Numbered from the stretch's first letter, positions 1 through 14,100 are shown. The stretch is DNA of 64,000 nucleotides from Asterias rubens (GCF_902459465.1 NC_047069.1:15748001-15812000); one strand, 5' to 3'. Translations and numbers: made by a program. The notes: generated by a model from the sequence alone, not told the origin.

Positions 1-2541
1 CTACCGGCCGACCAATCCTCTTCTCCTGCAGCTGGCCTGACTATGAACGCGGACGTGGAATTAAGGTATGAACAATGAGGTCTCGAAATCAAGCATCTGA
101 AAGCACACTTGGAAATAAATGTTGTACTGAACTGAACACAACTTCGTGTGACAAGGGTGTTTTTTCTCGCCTTATTATCTCGCAACTTTGATGACCAATT
201 GAATTCAATTTTTCACAGGTTTGTTATTTTGTGCATATATTGAGATACACAAAGTTGGAAGACTGGTCTTTTTTTACCAATGGTGTCCAGTGTCTTTAAG
301 CAGCTTTATGAAATTGGACCTAGGTCTTATCAGTCTGTGTCATTCAATATCTTAGATAAACTACACTCTTGTTGCTGAGAACTGTAACATCTGGAGAAAC
401 TACAACGATATTCAAGATTCTTGGACTTCCATTCTCGGAATCATTGATTATTACGCATCACAACAAGACACATTGGTCAAAGCTGCAGGACCGGGTCACT
501 TCAATGATCCTGATATGGTAGGAAAATGTCTTTGTTAACGTCCTAACAAACCTGTCATGGTATTAACAGTGTTGTCCAGAAGCGCATGCTGCTGGCAATT
601 TCGTCGGCTCCTCGATCCTCTGCTGCACAGATTCTTTCCCCTCGGAAATTCAGTCCCCCCCCCATATGGCAAACTGTGTACAAACTTCTGATAGCGCCCT
701 CTTTTGAATCCTCCTCCTCCAGCCCATGTTAATTTCCGATGTGGGGGACCAAATTTCCGACGGACAGAATTCCCTTGGACACTGGCTACTTGTATTCTTT
801 TTTTCTTTTTTTTCATTCCCCATTTTTTTTTTTAAGATAATGTTTTTTTGTGTTTTTTTTTCAAACATTGTTTGCCTCCTCCAATTTTCCCTGAGCTAAA
901 GTACTGTCAACGACTGGGAATTTTTTGTCAAATAAAAAACCCTTTCTATTATACAAATCAGTTTCATTACTGCGCCGTGCTGTACTCTATTTACATCTGT
1001 ACAAGCAACCGATTAGGAGGCATCAAGTTACCCCATCCATCCAGTTGGAACAATTCTCATGTGTCCAATAACATTAAACATACTTAACGGACAGGCAGGT
1101 TCAGGAGTTAATGTTACAACAAATGTGATGATTTAACGAAAAACTAATTCAGCGAATAATGGGAAAGTCTCAACATGATTACGACCTCAGTCGACTAGAG
1201 AGAGAGAGAGAGAGAATTCAACGGATTAAGTCAGAAATTGCTCAGATCGCACCACTGAGCATCTAGAATCGAAAATACTTCCGGGTCCAGTGTATGTACG
1301 TAATATATTTAGCAATTGTTTTGATTGATGTGGTCTTTTCATTCCTCAGCTTATTGTAGGTGACTTCTCATTGAGCATAGATCAAGCTAAAACACAGTTT
1401 GCCATGTGGGCTATCATGGCTGCTCCACTGCTCATGTCTAATGACCTTCGAACTATTGACCCCGTATACCGTGCCATCCTACTCAATAAAGAAGTCATTA
1501 AGGTCAACCAAGATCCCCTGGGGATGATGGGAAAGCGTGTCTTAAAGGTAAGTGCCATTTCATCATCTTTATAAGCAATTTTACTTGAGACCGGTTCCAG
1601 GCAACCTCGATAAAGAAAAGTCTTACATTTCAATTTTCACCGTGTTTTACCCAAGTGTTCCTTTTGCGTACAGTATAGTGGGTTGCCTGTAAAACATTGT
1701 CTCAAATAATGAGGACATAAAGCTCATATATTTCTGATAGCCCACTGAAGCTCACAAGCCCATTAAAGCAAGAAGTTACAAACCCAACAAGGAGCAAGTT
1801 TGAGCAAGGGACTATAGTTGACTGTTGTCGGCCATTGGGCGATTTTGCCTGGTACCCAGGCGATGTATTGCATTCATCGGTCACCTTGGAACATTGACTA
1901 GAGGAATGATCCCTGCTCGAATTTGGCCAAGGTGGTTCGGCCAATTACGCAGTGTATATTACATGTGTATGTATTACACTGTCTTTTTCGGTGTGCAATC
2001 TGCGCCTACTTTAAGCAAGGCTAGAAAGGGAGCAATGTAAAGAGTTTCATAGCATGTTCTTAGAATATCATCACGATTGAATGTTGTTCCAAAGTATATT
2101 TACAAATTGAATTCTTTTTTATTTGTGTTTGTTAACAAATCCTGTGAAATATGGTCGGTATTATCAGGTGGTCGATTCCTCTTTGATTGAAAAGTTTGTA
2201 CTGTTTCATTCGGCCTTTGCGATTTTTTCAAAAAAGTCTTTGCGATACCTTGTTAAGCCTTTGCGATGTTACGATAACACTCTTTTCAGTTGGCAGATGG
2301 TCTGGAGGTCTGGACACGGCCTCTGCAAGGCAAATCTTACGCCATGGTGATAATGAGTCGAAGCACCCGGCAACCGGTCCATTTGAACACCACCCTAGCT
2401 GTACTTGGATTCACGCAGAGTGCAGGTTTTAATATAACAGAGTTATGGGAAGGTAAAGCACTGGGACATTTCAATCCAAATGACTTGTTACCTTTTGTTA
2501 TCAATCCGAATGGAGCTGAAATCGTTCGTTTGACGCCATGA
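1..2541 (+). CDS. NAGA: GH27 alpha-N-acetylgalactosaminidase-like gene 1, 3' part (exons 4-7; 5' exons lie outside the window)
   Basis: Exons <1-65 ([22 protein letters not shown]|gt), 356-517 (162 nt; [14 protein letters not shown]...GHFNDPDM), 1350-1547 (198 nt; [16 protein letters not shown]...NQDPLG), 2290-2541 (EVWTRPL...INPNG, TGA). All GT-AG, phase 0. The 162 and 198 nt sizes match human GLA exons 5 and 6. Ser in SCSWP is NAGA-type. Confidence 0.93.
75..299 (-). mobile_element. Kolobok-like TTAA MITE (family A), truncated copy
   Basis: Reverse copy ending ...ggtgtccagtgtct|ttaa. Confidence 0.75.
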
Positions 2542-4612
2542 TCTCAGTCATTAGTAATGACAGTTAGTTAATAATAATACCGGAGTCTTTCTTTCTAATG
2601 GTCGTATAACACAGGCATGGAACTTCTCAGCTAATCAGCTCTTTTTCTTTTCAAAACAGTGCCATAGAAAACTGAAATACACTGTACAAAAGTTAAGTGT
2701 GGTCGGCAATTTCCTGTTTTATAGAAAGTTCCATGTCTGATAACACACTCATGGCGCTGGAACTAAAACAAACATCTTAAGACAGGTTTTTCAAATGTTT
2801 GAATTATGCAACTACTTTCTGAAGCATCTTATAAAGGTTTACAAGTTGCTGTGTGGATTTAGCAGCCACTGCCAGAAATATTTGGGCAAACCCTTTTGTT
2901 AGCGAAAAGTGTAACTGGGTTCTTTGATGTGCGTTGCACAGCGCATGGAACCTACAGCGGAGCGTTCCAAAGACTGAGCAATAATGGTTTAAAGTGCCTT
3001 GCAATACTGACACAAGGTGTCAAAGCTGGGAATAAAACCCAAAGTCTGCTGATAAGAAACAAGTAGTGCTTGGCTTAAGTCTTGTTTGGGGCAACAGTAT
3101 TTAATTAAAGCCTGACTGCTGCTAAAAACCCGCTATCAGTCCATGAATACTTTCATCAATAAATCAGTCATTAGTGACAATTAATGACCAAAGTTTTATA
3201 AATTATTTCCGATAAATTGTCTCAATTCAGTTGGGTGTTAAATCAAAGGTGTATTCTAAGAATAATTTGGTTATTTGGTATTCATAGTTTGACTTTTTGA
3301 CTTTTCGAGCAGGGGAAGGGGAGGCCAATAATTCAAACTTTGAGAAAAAAAAAAAAAATAATAATAATAATTTGAATCTAACCACTTTCGATTAGTAATT
3401 TAATTTTATTATTTTCTTTGGTTATAAGGTAAAACTTATCCAGTCATTTCAGTGAAAACCTTTTGTAAAATTGTTTACAATTTTTACTTTTATAAGTGTG
3501 TTTTTCAATAATGAAATTGAACATCAAGTTTCATGAAATTAAGCACAATATTAGATTTACTCTTATTGCATTTACTTTTACTGGAAACAAATATAAATTA
3601 CTGGTAAAAAATTATCAGTAATCACAATCAATGAATCAGTTAAAAATATGTAGTTTTTGTATTACGGATAAAAACTATCAGTCAGAAAAACACAAAGGAA
3701 CCTGGTATTTTGGTTAAGTTTTTATGGTGAGTGAATTACTGACAGAAAATCAAGCTGTCATTTGTCAGTTTTTGTGATGAGCTGGAGGCCTTAACCAAAA
3801 ACTTTTACAATTTATTTTATTATTCAAAACACACACTGCGTAATTTTGGGGTATTGACCCATTTCACCTGACGTCATCATCAGAAAAATCTTGAATGCGC
3901 CATACTGGCGGGCAATTTCACTGTGTGTTTTCATATATAACTCTATGCTGTGCGTTAAGCATGGTGAGTGTGGCATCAGTCGCAGCGTGTGGCGCGCGTG
4001 CAAGGGGTCAATAGAGAAGTATCCTGAATTCTGAAAAAAAACTAGAAGAGTAGAATATATAGCAAGACATGTATACACATGGTGTTACTGCAAAGTTAGT
4101 ATACAACGTATACGGATTCAGTAGTATACACTTTTAGTGGATAAAATACAATTTCTGAAATTTTCCAGATATTTGACAATTGTTGTGATGTTTGCGTTAT
4201 ATTTCAAAATTCACTATTAACTTTACTAGACAAAGTTGTATAAACTAGAAAACAAATCAAATCAATTTAAACTTTACTATGAGAGAATGTATCTTCTTTT
4301 ATTTTCATAAACACATGGGAACTAATTCATTGATAAAGTACCTGGAAATAAACACTTTTGTACCATTTGATAAACTAGTTTGAAAATCAGTGTTTTTCTT
4401 TTAATATTTTAATTTTAAAAATTACATTATAAAAACACTTTAATTTTCTATCTTTATTTAAGCTCGTCTCCCAAAGTCGTCTTGACATTTGCCACATCCA
4501 TCAAGAAACAACCGGTATTTTAGTCGTCAACAAAATTACTTTGGGGAGAGAGAAAAACATTGTTTTTAAACCATACATGAGATGAAAACCACAATATACA
4601 TTTTTTCAAGTT

Positions 4613-4997
4613 AACTATGGTTTGGAACAAATTTGCACATCATATTTAGTAAAATTCACAAAACTGATTAAATGCAAAACATGAACAAAGTTAGCAAAAT
4701 TTAAATCAAATTCAAACTCGACCTAAATTACTTCAACTACTGAAGTACAAGTTGTACAACAAAACCCCACTTTCTGGTACAGTAAAATTATAATATTTGG
4801 TTGTATCAAGTTATTAAACTATGGTTTGGATTAAGTTTGCTTGTCGTATTTTTACAAAATTAACAAAACTGAACAAATGCAAAATTACCAAAATTTAGTC
4901 AAATTCAAACTTAAATTACTTTAACTACTGAAGTACAAATTATACAACAAAACCCCACTTTCTGGTACAGTAAAATTATAATATTTGATTGTATCAA
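4613..4997 (-). repeat. Approximately 190-bp tandem duplication copying the last ~25 codons, stop and 3'UTR of copy 7g
   Basis: 4613-4808 repeats 4817-4997; the copy reads [24 protein letters not shown](TGA) and has no acceptor. Confidence 0.85.
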
Positions 4998-5181
4998 ATA
5001 CTCCAATAAATTTACCGTGATCTAATGCATCCTCAAATTCAAATCCAGGTCTGAACGTAAAACCCAGCTCTTTCAGAGAAACGTTAACTGTTTTAGGCTT
5101 GGATCCTTTATTTAGAAACAGCAGGGCGTATTCTTCATAGCCAGCTAGTGTCCGAACCCATATTTCAACCGTAGAGTTGCG
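4921..5181 (-). CDS. Gene 2 terminal exon copy 7g (86 aa), most distal
   Basis: tttttctatacatccag|[25 protein letters not shown]...[18 protein letters not shown]; phase 0. Confidence 0.88.
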   Translation of the reverse strand, partial: RNSTVEIWVRTLAGYEEYALLFLNKGSKPKTVNVSLKELGFTFRPGFEFEDALDHGKFIGVFDTIKYYNFTVPESGVLLYNLYFSS

Positions 5182-8100
5182 CTGGATGTATAGAAAAATG
5201 AAAGAAGGTAAGTGGGACCTAATGGTTGTGGATTTAAGACACTGCTCTAGAATTCCAAAGATTGTGGGTTCGAATCTCACACGAGTAATACGCCTGTGAT
5301 TGGCTATAGCTGTGTCTGGATTGAGGAGCTTGGCTATGGCTGTGTCTGGATTGGATAGCTTTTGGCTATGGCTGTGTCTGGTATGAGAAGCTTGGCTATG
5401 GCTGTGTCTGGATTGGATAGCTTTTGGCTATGGCTGTGTCTGGATTGAGAAGCTTGGCTATGGCTGTGTCTGGATTGGATAGCTTTTGGCTATGGCTGTG
5501 TCTGGATTGAGAAGCTTGGCTATGGCTGTGTCTGGATTGGATAGCTTTTGGCTATGGCTGTGTCTGGATTGAGAAGCTTGGCTATGGCTGTGTCTGGATT
5601 GGATAGCTTTTGGCATTGGCTGTGTGTAGTTTGAGTGGCTTTTGATAATCACTACTGTAATGGTGTCCATAATGGCTATATGCCCAGATTAACCACAAAA
5701 ATTATTAAATTCCCAGAGCAGCCAACAGTAACATTAATAGCCCTGCACAGGCAAGGCTTCACGCAATAGCAGCTGTAGCCAGAGCCATAAGCCATTGATC
5801 CCAACATTTTTAGCAGTGTCCAGTCCATGTTGATGCTGCACATGATCACCATTAATATGAATTGAAAACAGGGCACCAGTGAATTAAAGCAATGAAAGTA
5901 TCAGTTTCTTACAGCACAGTGAATGATCAAGATGGCTGCTGGGTGAAATCTTTGAGAGTCAACTTGGAGACAAAGTGGAGTCGGTATTGTCACGAAAGTA
6001 CTTTCTTTGAATCACAGGTAAAATGCTCATCTTAAATCCGCATGAAATGTGTTTTGATCCACTTCCTTTCAAAGGATTGTTTAATTCTTTAACGGCAACA
6101 AGCAGCGTGTACCCAAACGCCCATAGTGGCCAGCCGCACAAGCTGCAAGGTTTGACCTAATTCCATTCACAAGATGTCTCAGTAAAGGTGATGTCCATAT
6201 ATGTGTCACTTTCTCTATGGTCCAATGTAGTTTGTTAACAAAGTATCCCAATTTCTAAACACAAAACTAAGTTTTCTGTTCAAGTTATTTTTGTTGACAT
6301 TTTTACTGACAAAATTTGGTTAACAATAGTTTTTAGCAATGTCTGGGCATTGTATGATAATTATACATAAATGAATGGTCTCTATAAAGAGTTTAAAGTA
6401 CACCTTTGAAATTTCTCATCTCGATCTTTAGGTTGCCAATTAAAGAGCATAAAACTACAATTGTTGCAGTGCTAACACAACTGGCTAACACACCTCGGTG
6501 GTTGGGTAAAAACCAAAACTAATATTCTTTATCCCTGATGCAAAATGTAACATCTCTTAATCTTTATTAGATCCCAAAAAGGGTAATTCAAAATTCAATT
6601 CATAAGCTGTGACTTGTGGTTAAAAAAATACGGTACTTTTTTTTATTTTCTGATCCTCATTTATTTGTAGATAAACCAAAGTCAGGACCTTCCATGGAGC
6701 TTTGTTTAACTACTGTCGTATAAATACAGCATGAGAGCTCCAGTTGCAGGTGCGGTGAAGTTGTAGACCTGGTAAGGACCTATGTGACCAATCTCCTTAT
6801 GATTTAAGACGTCTCGTAACTCGTACCCAATGTACGTTAGTCCGAGATCTTTGAATCTTAGCGAAATAGTTTGAGGTTTTGTGTCGGTGTTGAGGATCAC
6901 CACAGCCCATTCTCCGTTCTGGAAATTAAGTGCCCTTAGCCAGACTTGGACGAACTTTCCAAACTGTAAACACCAAGAAACAAATGAAGGACCTGGTAAG
7001 TCAACTTCCTCTGCAAGATTGGGGATTCGGATTCGAGAATTGTTGTAAGATGCTCGATAAGATGATAGGGAGTTGAGAGTGGGGAAGGTCCATAAGTGAA
7101 CTGTCCTATACAATTCTTTTTCATTCAGTCTTATTTTTCATAACGAGCCTTGCAACAAAATAAATTTATTCCCAGTGTTCAAACATCATAAACACAGCAG
7201 TGAAACTTAAGAAATCACAATTATGAATCAATAAAAAAACAGTCTTTACAACTTTAATTTATTTTTTAGTGTTTTATCCATACACTGATGTATGTAAAAT
7301 CACTTTCCCAATTCCTGTGAAGAAATTACACAGGTATTTTAATCGGGTGGTATTCAAACTTTGCCATTAAAGAGCAGATGTAATACCACTAGACCACTGA
7401 GTTTAAATCCTATATTGTAATTTTGATAGCTCATGTTGTATTGCTCATTGTTTGAAAAAAGTTTAGTGTTTTTTATCTTCAAATATTGTTTATTCTAGTG
7501 GTAAGCGCCTTGAGGCTAATTGGCATAAGGCAGTATATAAATTCTCTTTTATTATTATTATTATCTACATGATCTATTTTTATATTTTTTTTCCCAGGGA
7601 ACCGTGTGGTCATCAATCACTTCACAAAGTCCATTGGTTTAAGACTCAAAGAAGTTGCAAAAACCGTAAGTTCCAGTAACTGATCTATCAATTATTCTTA
7701 TTACCGTCTACTGGATAATTATACGAGATTATATGAGATTCTGTGTAATTCTTCTAAAGTGTCATGAGTTAATATAGGTAGGATAAGCGTAGAACATGAG
7801 TGCCCCATTGGCAGGGGCTGTGAAGTTGTACGATAACCGAATCCCAAGTTGCCCAATGTCCGTGTGGGTCAAAACCTCTCGTATGAAGTACCCCATATTG
7901 AAGGTGAACCCCAGATCGCCGAATTTGAGAGACACCGTTTGGGGCTTTGTGTCTCGGTTGAGAATGACAACTCCCCATTCTTGCCAAAGAGTTAGAGGCC
8001 GAAGCCAGACATCAACGGTTGTTCCAAACTGTGTGCAAATCAAGCAATTTACCTACTTATTCAATCCGCTTCATCCCCAACGGGACAAATTTAACAAAAG

Positions 8101-11100
8101 GACAACTGGAATTTTGAACCTAGTTGGGAAACCGGCTCAGCCAACTAAGCATAGTCAAAAGTAATTAAGCCCAGTTTATGTTTTAACTGGTTTCAAAAAA
8201 AGGAAAACTGGAATATCAAACCTAGTTGGTGAACCTGAGCTTAATCCAGTTGAACATCAGAACATTATCAAAAGTAGTTGTTCAACTTTGACACCAAAGA
8301 ATTTCTACGGAAAAGGGAAGAATAGAGCACTGGCAGGACCCCACAGACCCGATCCTTAAGGTTGTGCGTGTGCGGGATTTGGTGTGTGTGTGTTTTGGTG
8401 AATGAAAGATGAGTGACAAGATTTTGAATGCAGCTAGCTTGAATTGTAGTACCCTTCCAAAAAGATTAAAATAAACATTTTCCCAATCCATCGTTCTCAC
8501 CATACGCGTGTGACTTGCCAAATTTGGTAAAACCAGCGGAGGAAAATCGAGCACAGCAAGAAGAAAACAAAATGTGCAGAGAAAGCATAACAGACTCTTG
8601 ACTCGATGTTATAAATTTGTACTTATTTTTTAATTATTTACTTTTATCTGTGAACAATTTCGGGTAAATCAATCCCTCTGCCCAAAAGAAATCCCCATAC
8701 CCTCATATACACCTCATGTTCTGTTAGTATACCATGACTAAGCACCCCAGGTATGCAAATTATTCAAAATAATCGTAAAATCTGATGACTAAAATGTAAA
8801 AATTTTCTTCATTCTCTTCCTTGGACGTCTTCCTTTATAGGGAGAAGATTCACGACGATGAATTTAACTACTGTCATAAGCGTAATACATGAGCGCCCCC
8901 AACGCAGGCACAGTGAAATTCAGCTCTTGATGCCTGTCCACATGACCGACTTCCTTATGAGTCAAGATCTCTCGTAGTTCGTAACCCATCATGTAAGAAA
9001 AACCCAACTGGCTCAGCTTAAGAGTGACTGTTTGGATCTTGGTGTCCTGGTTGAGGAACACAATCGCCCACTCTTCATAATATTGAAGAGGTCGAAGCCA
9101 GACTTCTACACTCCCGAACTGTGGATGGAAAATCAAGGAGACGAAGCCAGTGGTAAGTGTGATAACAAGTCGCTCATGTGACCTTTTGTTGTTCAGTTCC
9201 TATTTTGACATGTTGGAAGCAAGTCGCTTGTGTAACTTTTTGTTGTTGTTCAGTTTCTATTTTGAAATGCTGGAAGCAATGTCCATCTAGAATGCTGGAA
9301 ATAGTGTCAATCTAGAAAATACTGTCTAGCAAATTTCTTTGCTAAGTAAAAAATGAGTGGGGCACCATGACAGTTATAGCAAGATTTTTCTGTGCTCAGC
9401 AAAGTTTTATGCTTACAGACTTTACAAATTGGGTGCTTTCACAGAGTAAACATGAGAATAGACCTTGGTACCTCTTTGCTTACATAACGATAGTTGATTT
9501 AAAAATACATTTCTGACACTTATTCTCTTGATAGAATTTGAACTGCCTCTAGCTACCGCGCAATCTCAGTGGTCTAGTTAGTATGACACTGCTCTAGAAT
9601 AGCAAAGGTTGTGAGTTTGAATCCCACCCGAGTAATATACCTGTGATTTTTTTCACAGAACTCCGATAAAAACCAAAATAAATATTCTTTATCCCCGATG
9701 CAAATTTAATATCTTTTAATCTATTGTTATTTCTCAACAGGAAGTTAACTCACAAGATAAGCATAAAGCTGGATAGCTCACGGTGCAGGGGCTGTGAAGT
9801 TGTACGGTAATTCAACTCCAAGTTGCCCAATGTCCATGTTGATCAAGACCTCTCTAATGATCAAGTACCCCATCCCAAACCTGAACCCAAGACCTCTGAG
9901 TTTGAGAGACACCGTTCTATGCTTTGTGTCTTGGTTGAGAATGACAACGCCCCATTATTGCAAATAATGAGAAAGAGGCTGAAAGCCAAACATCAACAGA
10001 AGTACTAAACTGTGATCAAACCAGGGGAGAATCTATTGGTAAGTTGACATCTGTTTCTCAGAATCCTAGAGAAGACTTTTTATTCTCTCTCTCTCCCCCC
10101 CCCCCCCCCCCTAGTCACCATAACCATGGCCCTCCTCCTTCCTAACATCCATTGAGCTCAAGTCAAAATGATTTTTGTTGGCTATTCATCTTGGCTATTC
10201 ATGGTTTATTTTGTCAAAAAAGAAACAACAAATCCTGGTGATTCAAAGACTCTTTGTTCTCTTGGCTTTGTTAAGTCATGGTTCTTAGTGCCTCTCATCA
10301 AAAACAAAATAATTCCAGCTATTCCGAGAATGATAATCTCATCAGTGAGAAAGGGAAAAATGTAAGATCTCTAGCATTAAATTGGCTACATGTAACTGCT
10401 TATAATAATTGAAATGACAGTTGCATGCATTTGTGCCTTGTTAAAGTTGGCTATACTTTTATGACATAAACAAATTAACTTTTTCTCAACAAATATTCTT
10501 GTAAATTGTACAAATGAGTTACGCTGCAAAATGAGTTGCTGATGAATGCTTTGATGAGAAGTGGCATGAGTTATGAAGATGAAAAGTTTGATGTGAAATG
10601 AAAATTAGTAGTTTGAATTTATCAGGAGGGACTGACAGACGCTTGGTAGTGACAAAGAAACATGACAGAAAGAACTGGCTGCTGGCATTAGGCATTGGCA
10701 GCAATATTGAATAAGTCTAAACTTAGTTTGTTATTAAGGTTTGTCGATAACGTTATGGATATTTAAACTGGTTCCTACATGTAGATGTGGTAGACAGTGG
10801 GAAGACAAAGTAAATGGTTAAAATCAAAAATAAAGACTTGACTATCAAATTAGCATGCGTGTATTAAGTCAAACTCAGTTTAACTTGGTTTTCGGTGTCG
10901 TCATTCAAGATGCAAAAATTTCAGAGATACAAGATCCTTGATCCAAAGATACAAGATCTTTGATCCCTGATCCATAGTTACAAGATCATTGATCCTTGAT
11001 TTCGGAAAAAAAATTTTGAACCACAAATACAAAATCCTTGATCCCGAGATTCAAGATCCTTGATCCAAAGCTCAAAGATGCATACAAAAACACAACTTCA

Positions 11101-14100
11101 AGTCATCATAAATTAAAAAGTACATTTTTTATTACTGAACCAACACCAAATTTAAAGGCATTTATCAAATTGGAATGTGACAGAAGGAATGAACACTCAC
11201 TAAACCTAGACTGACGGAATGAAAATTAACCAATCGAAAAATTTAACATATAATAGACCACTGTACTGCTGGTATTACAGTTTGCTTACTGCGAGAATAA
11301 GTGCTGTAACTGTGTACTGAATTTCAGACAATTGAGCAGAGACACACAATGGCCTCCCATTTTTCTGCAAAATGATAATCAACCTGTGTTGCATCAGTAC
11401 TAAGATCTATGAAGAGTAATACTCTAAAATAAAACCTTTACATAAACAAGATTTACATAGTTACTGGTATAAAACTTAGATAATTCTATTGTTGGTTTTT
11501 TTGTTAATATTTTCCCCAGATACAGGCAACAACAGAAATGTTGTTTACCATTTTCTTAGAGGTGGGATCCTTGGTAATCGAGAGCCATTTTGAATTCCAA
11601 ACAATCTCTCATTTTGAAAAAGATGATGAGAGGAAAGAAAGCTTAACATCTAAGATGTGTGCTTTTATTATCTGATCTCATTCGATATCAGACTTTCCTC
11701 CATTTTTGAAGCTTTGGATCCCGTGGATAATAGTAAACACGCGAGTACACCCATGTTAACTGTTTAACAATACATGGTTGTACCTGCAAGTTTACTAGCT
11801 ATACATTTTGTAGTGTTCCCATATCTGTCACTAAGGATATTGAAGGATTTCATTCAGCTCTTTTGCATCTAGCAAATATTTTGACTGAATGTCAATATTG
11901 GGTAGCATATGATGATTTTTGAATAGCAACTAATATAATTTACGTAGCAGTTTTCTATGCTACAAGAGAACTGTTGTTACCTGAATTGTATGTGTAGTGT
12001 GTGTGGTTTTATTCCTTGAAGGAACATCATAAGTCACATAATTTTTATTTCATTCGTCTTTCAAAGATAATCATTAATTTTTGAGCAGTTTTCTTTCTAA
12101 ATTAAGGCACTTCTGGATCAAATAACGCCCAATGGGAACAGCTTAGTACCATGTGGGCCTATGATCATCCCAAGTCCTGAAAAAAATCTCCAAAATCTAC
12201 TTTTTAACAAATATTTGTCTAAACATTAACGATAGCGTAAACTATTATTTCCAAAAATCTCCAAAAAGGAGCTAGTAAAAAACAGATTTTAAAGTCATCA
12301 TGTTGATGACGACTCGCCTTTCAACAACATGGCAGCACCCAAAACTATTCTTTATTAATTGTAATTAAACTGTATTTAAAAGAAAAAAAAAACATTTCAT
12401 TTGTTAGACAAATCTGTTGCTTCTTAGTCTCCAAATGTGTATTAATTCTATAGTATTTGAGGGAAACTTAATTCTAGTTCTTCTGATGGTTGCTCAAAGA
12501 GCCCCCAAACAGACTTTCCTCCACATACTGCATGTCTTTAAAACACGCATTCTATTTTTTTTGCTATTTCTTTCCTTTCTCTTTGTGGCGTGTCATGGCC
12601 GAGCGGTTAAGAGCACACGTAAAATTGGGGAGGTAGTGCTTTCTGCTCTACCGGCCAGGTTTCGGACTGATGATACAAGCCTACATCCGTATCGACTGTA
12701 AAAGGGGTAACCCTGTTCAAGCCCTAGGAGTAGGCGGCATAAAATAATTGTAGCCCACACCATGAAGTGGCCTTCAGGCCTTGTGTGTCTGGCGACGTGC
12801 ATAAAAAAGAGAAAAAAAAGTTAAAAACCTCCCATAGACTTTGTACACACATTCCTTCACCGTCTTTAGAATTCCCCTATGGATCTTGGGTTAATTTTTC
12901 CGTTTTGTTCTTGGTCTTATAAGGTAGTGAATATGACATCACAATGGTCAACAGGCAACAATGAAATAATACATATTCTATAAAAACTGATATATTTTTC
13001 TAGATAACCCCATTACTTTGAAGTGAAATACTTCTCAAAATGCTTTATACTATCGAAACCGGATGTACATGTACTTTTAACCAAAGTGTTTTATTGCTAC
13101 CCTTAATTTTAACAGTGATTACCAATCGTATACCTTCCCTTAAAAAACTAATTATTTGGACCCAATATGCTAGACAATATAGAAAACCCTTAAATTAATG
13201 AACTTTTGCCGAGTTGTTTAAGTAGATTCAGAGAGTTGTGAGAATTGACTATTGACTCGGATAAGCATAGTACATAAGAACTCCAACTGCAGGCACATTG
13301 TAGTTGTAGCTAGTGCTGATGTTGCGATGTCCAATCTGTGTGTTGGTCAGCACATCTCGCATCTCATATCCAGCAGAAGATTGGAACATTAGTTGTTTTA
13401 GTGACATTGGAACTGTAACTGGTTTGGTGGCGCTGTTTAGGAGCACAAAGGCCCACTCATCTGACCCAGCTAGGGGTCGTACCCACACTGCAACTGTCGT
13501 TCCGAGCTATTTGTAGGAAGTAAAATGGAATGGGAAGCCCAGGCTAGTTTTGTTGCTTAGTTGGTACTGGGCCCAATTTCAAAGAGCTTTTTGTAAAGCA
13601 CAAAAAGTAGCTAAGCACAACCAAGTCATGCTTACCAGAATAATGTTACCAGCCAAAATATTGCCACTTGTACAATCTGTGACTGTTTTTGTGTGTATTT
13701 GTGCCAAGCAAATGGCTGGTAACCAGTCTCTGTTTTAAAAGCGGGATTTCGCTGTGCATAGCATATTGTTATGCTCACAGGCTTTATGAAATCGGGCCCA
13801 GATTGGTCAAGTTTATTGATACAACACCAACATTCTATAGTTAATTCTTACTTTCTAAAAATAGAAATTGAAAACATTTTTCAAATAATTTGTGCCTTTG
13901 CAATTTTCACCATAATGGTAATAAATTCATCTTGTCTAATATAAAAATAACAAAAAATAATATTTATTTTATTTAGGAGGTTCTAACAGTATTATTTCTC
14001 TCATTACTTCTCTGAGTTCTGACTCACTTTAATTCCAAAGGCAGGACACCCTGATTTTTTTCTCGAAACCTTCCTTTATGTTTTAGAATTTCACAGCAAC

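Noticed and set aside
5458-5670. ORF with SHSQ/PDTAIAK repeats
   Set aside because: Translation of the 62-bp minisatellite.
5917-6019. Plus-strand exon-like segment (ttacag|...CACAG|gtaaaa)
   Set aside because: Lies within a repeat-derived region antisense to gene 2; no linked exons or recognisable domain.
7796-8164. 122-aa plus-strand ORF
   Set aside because: Antisense to cassette 7e; no motifs.
11220-11800. Coding-like stretch between 7b and 7c (possible retroelement relic or extra GH27 exon)
   Set aside because: No GH27 or reverse transcriptase motif could be read in any frame.
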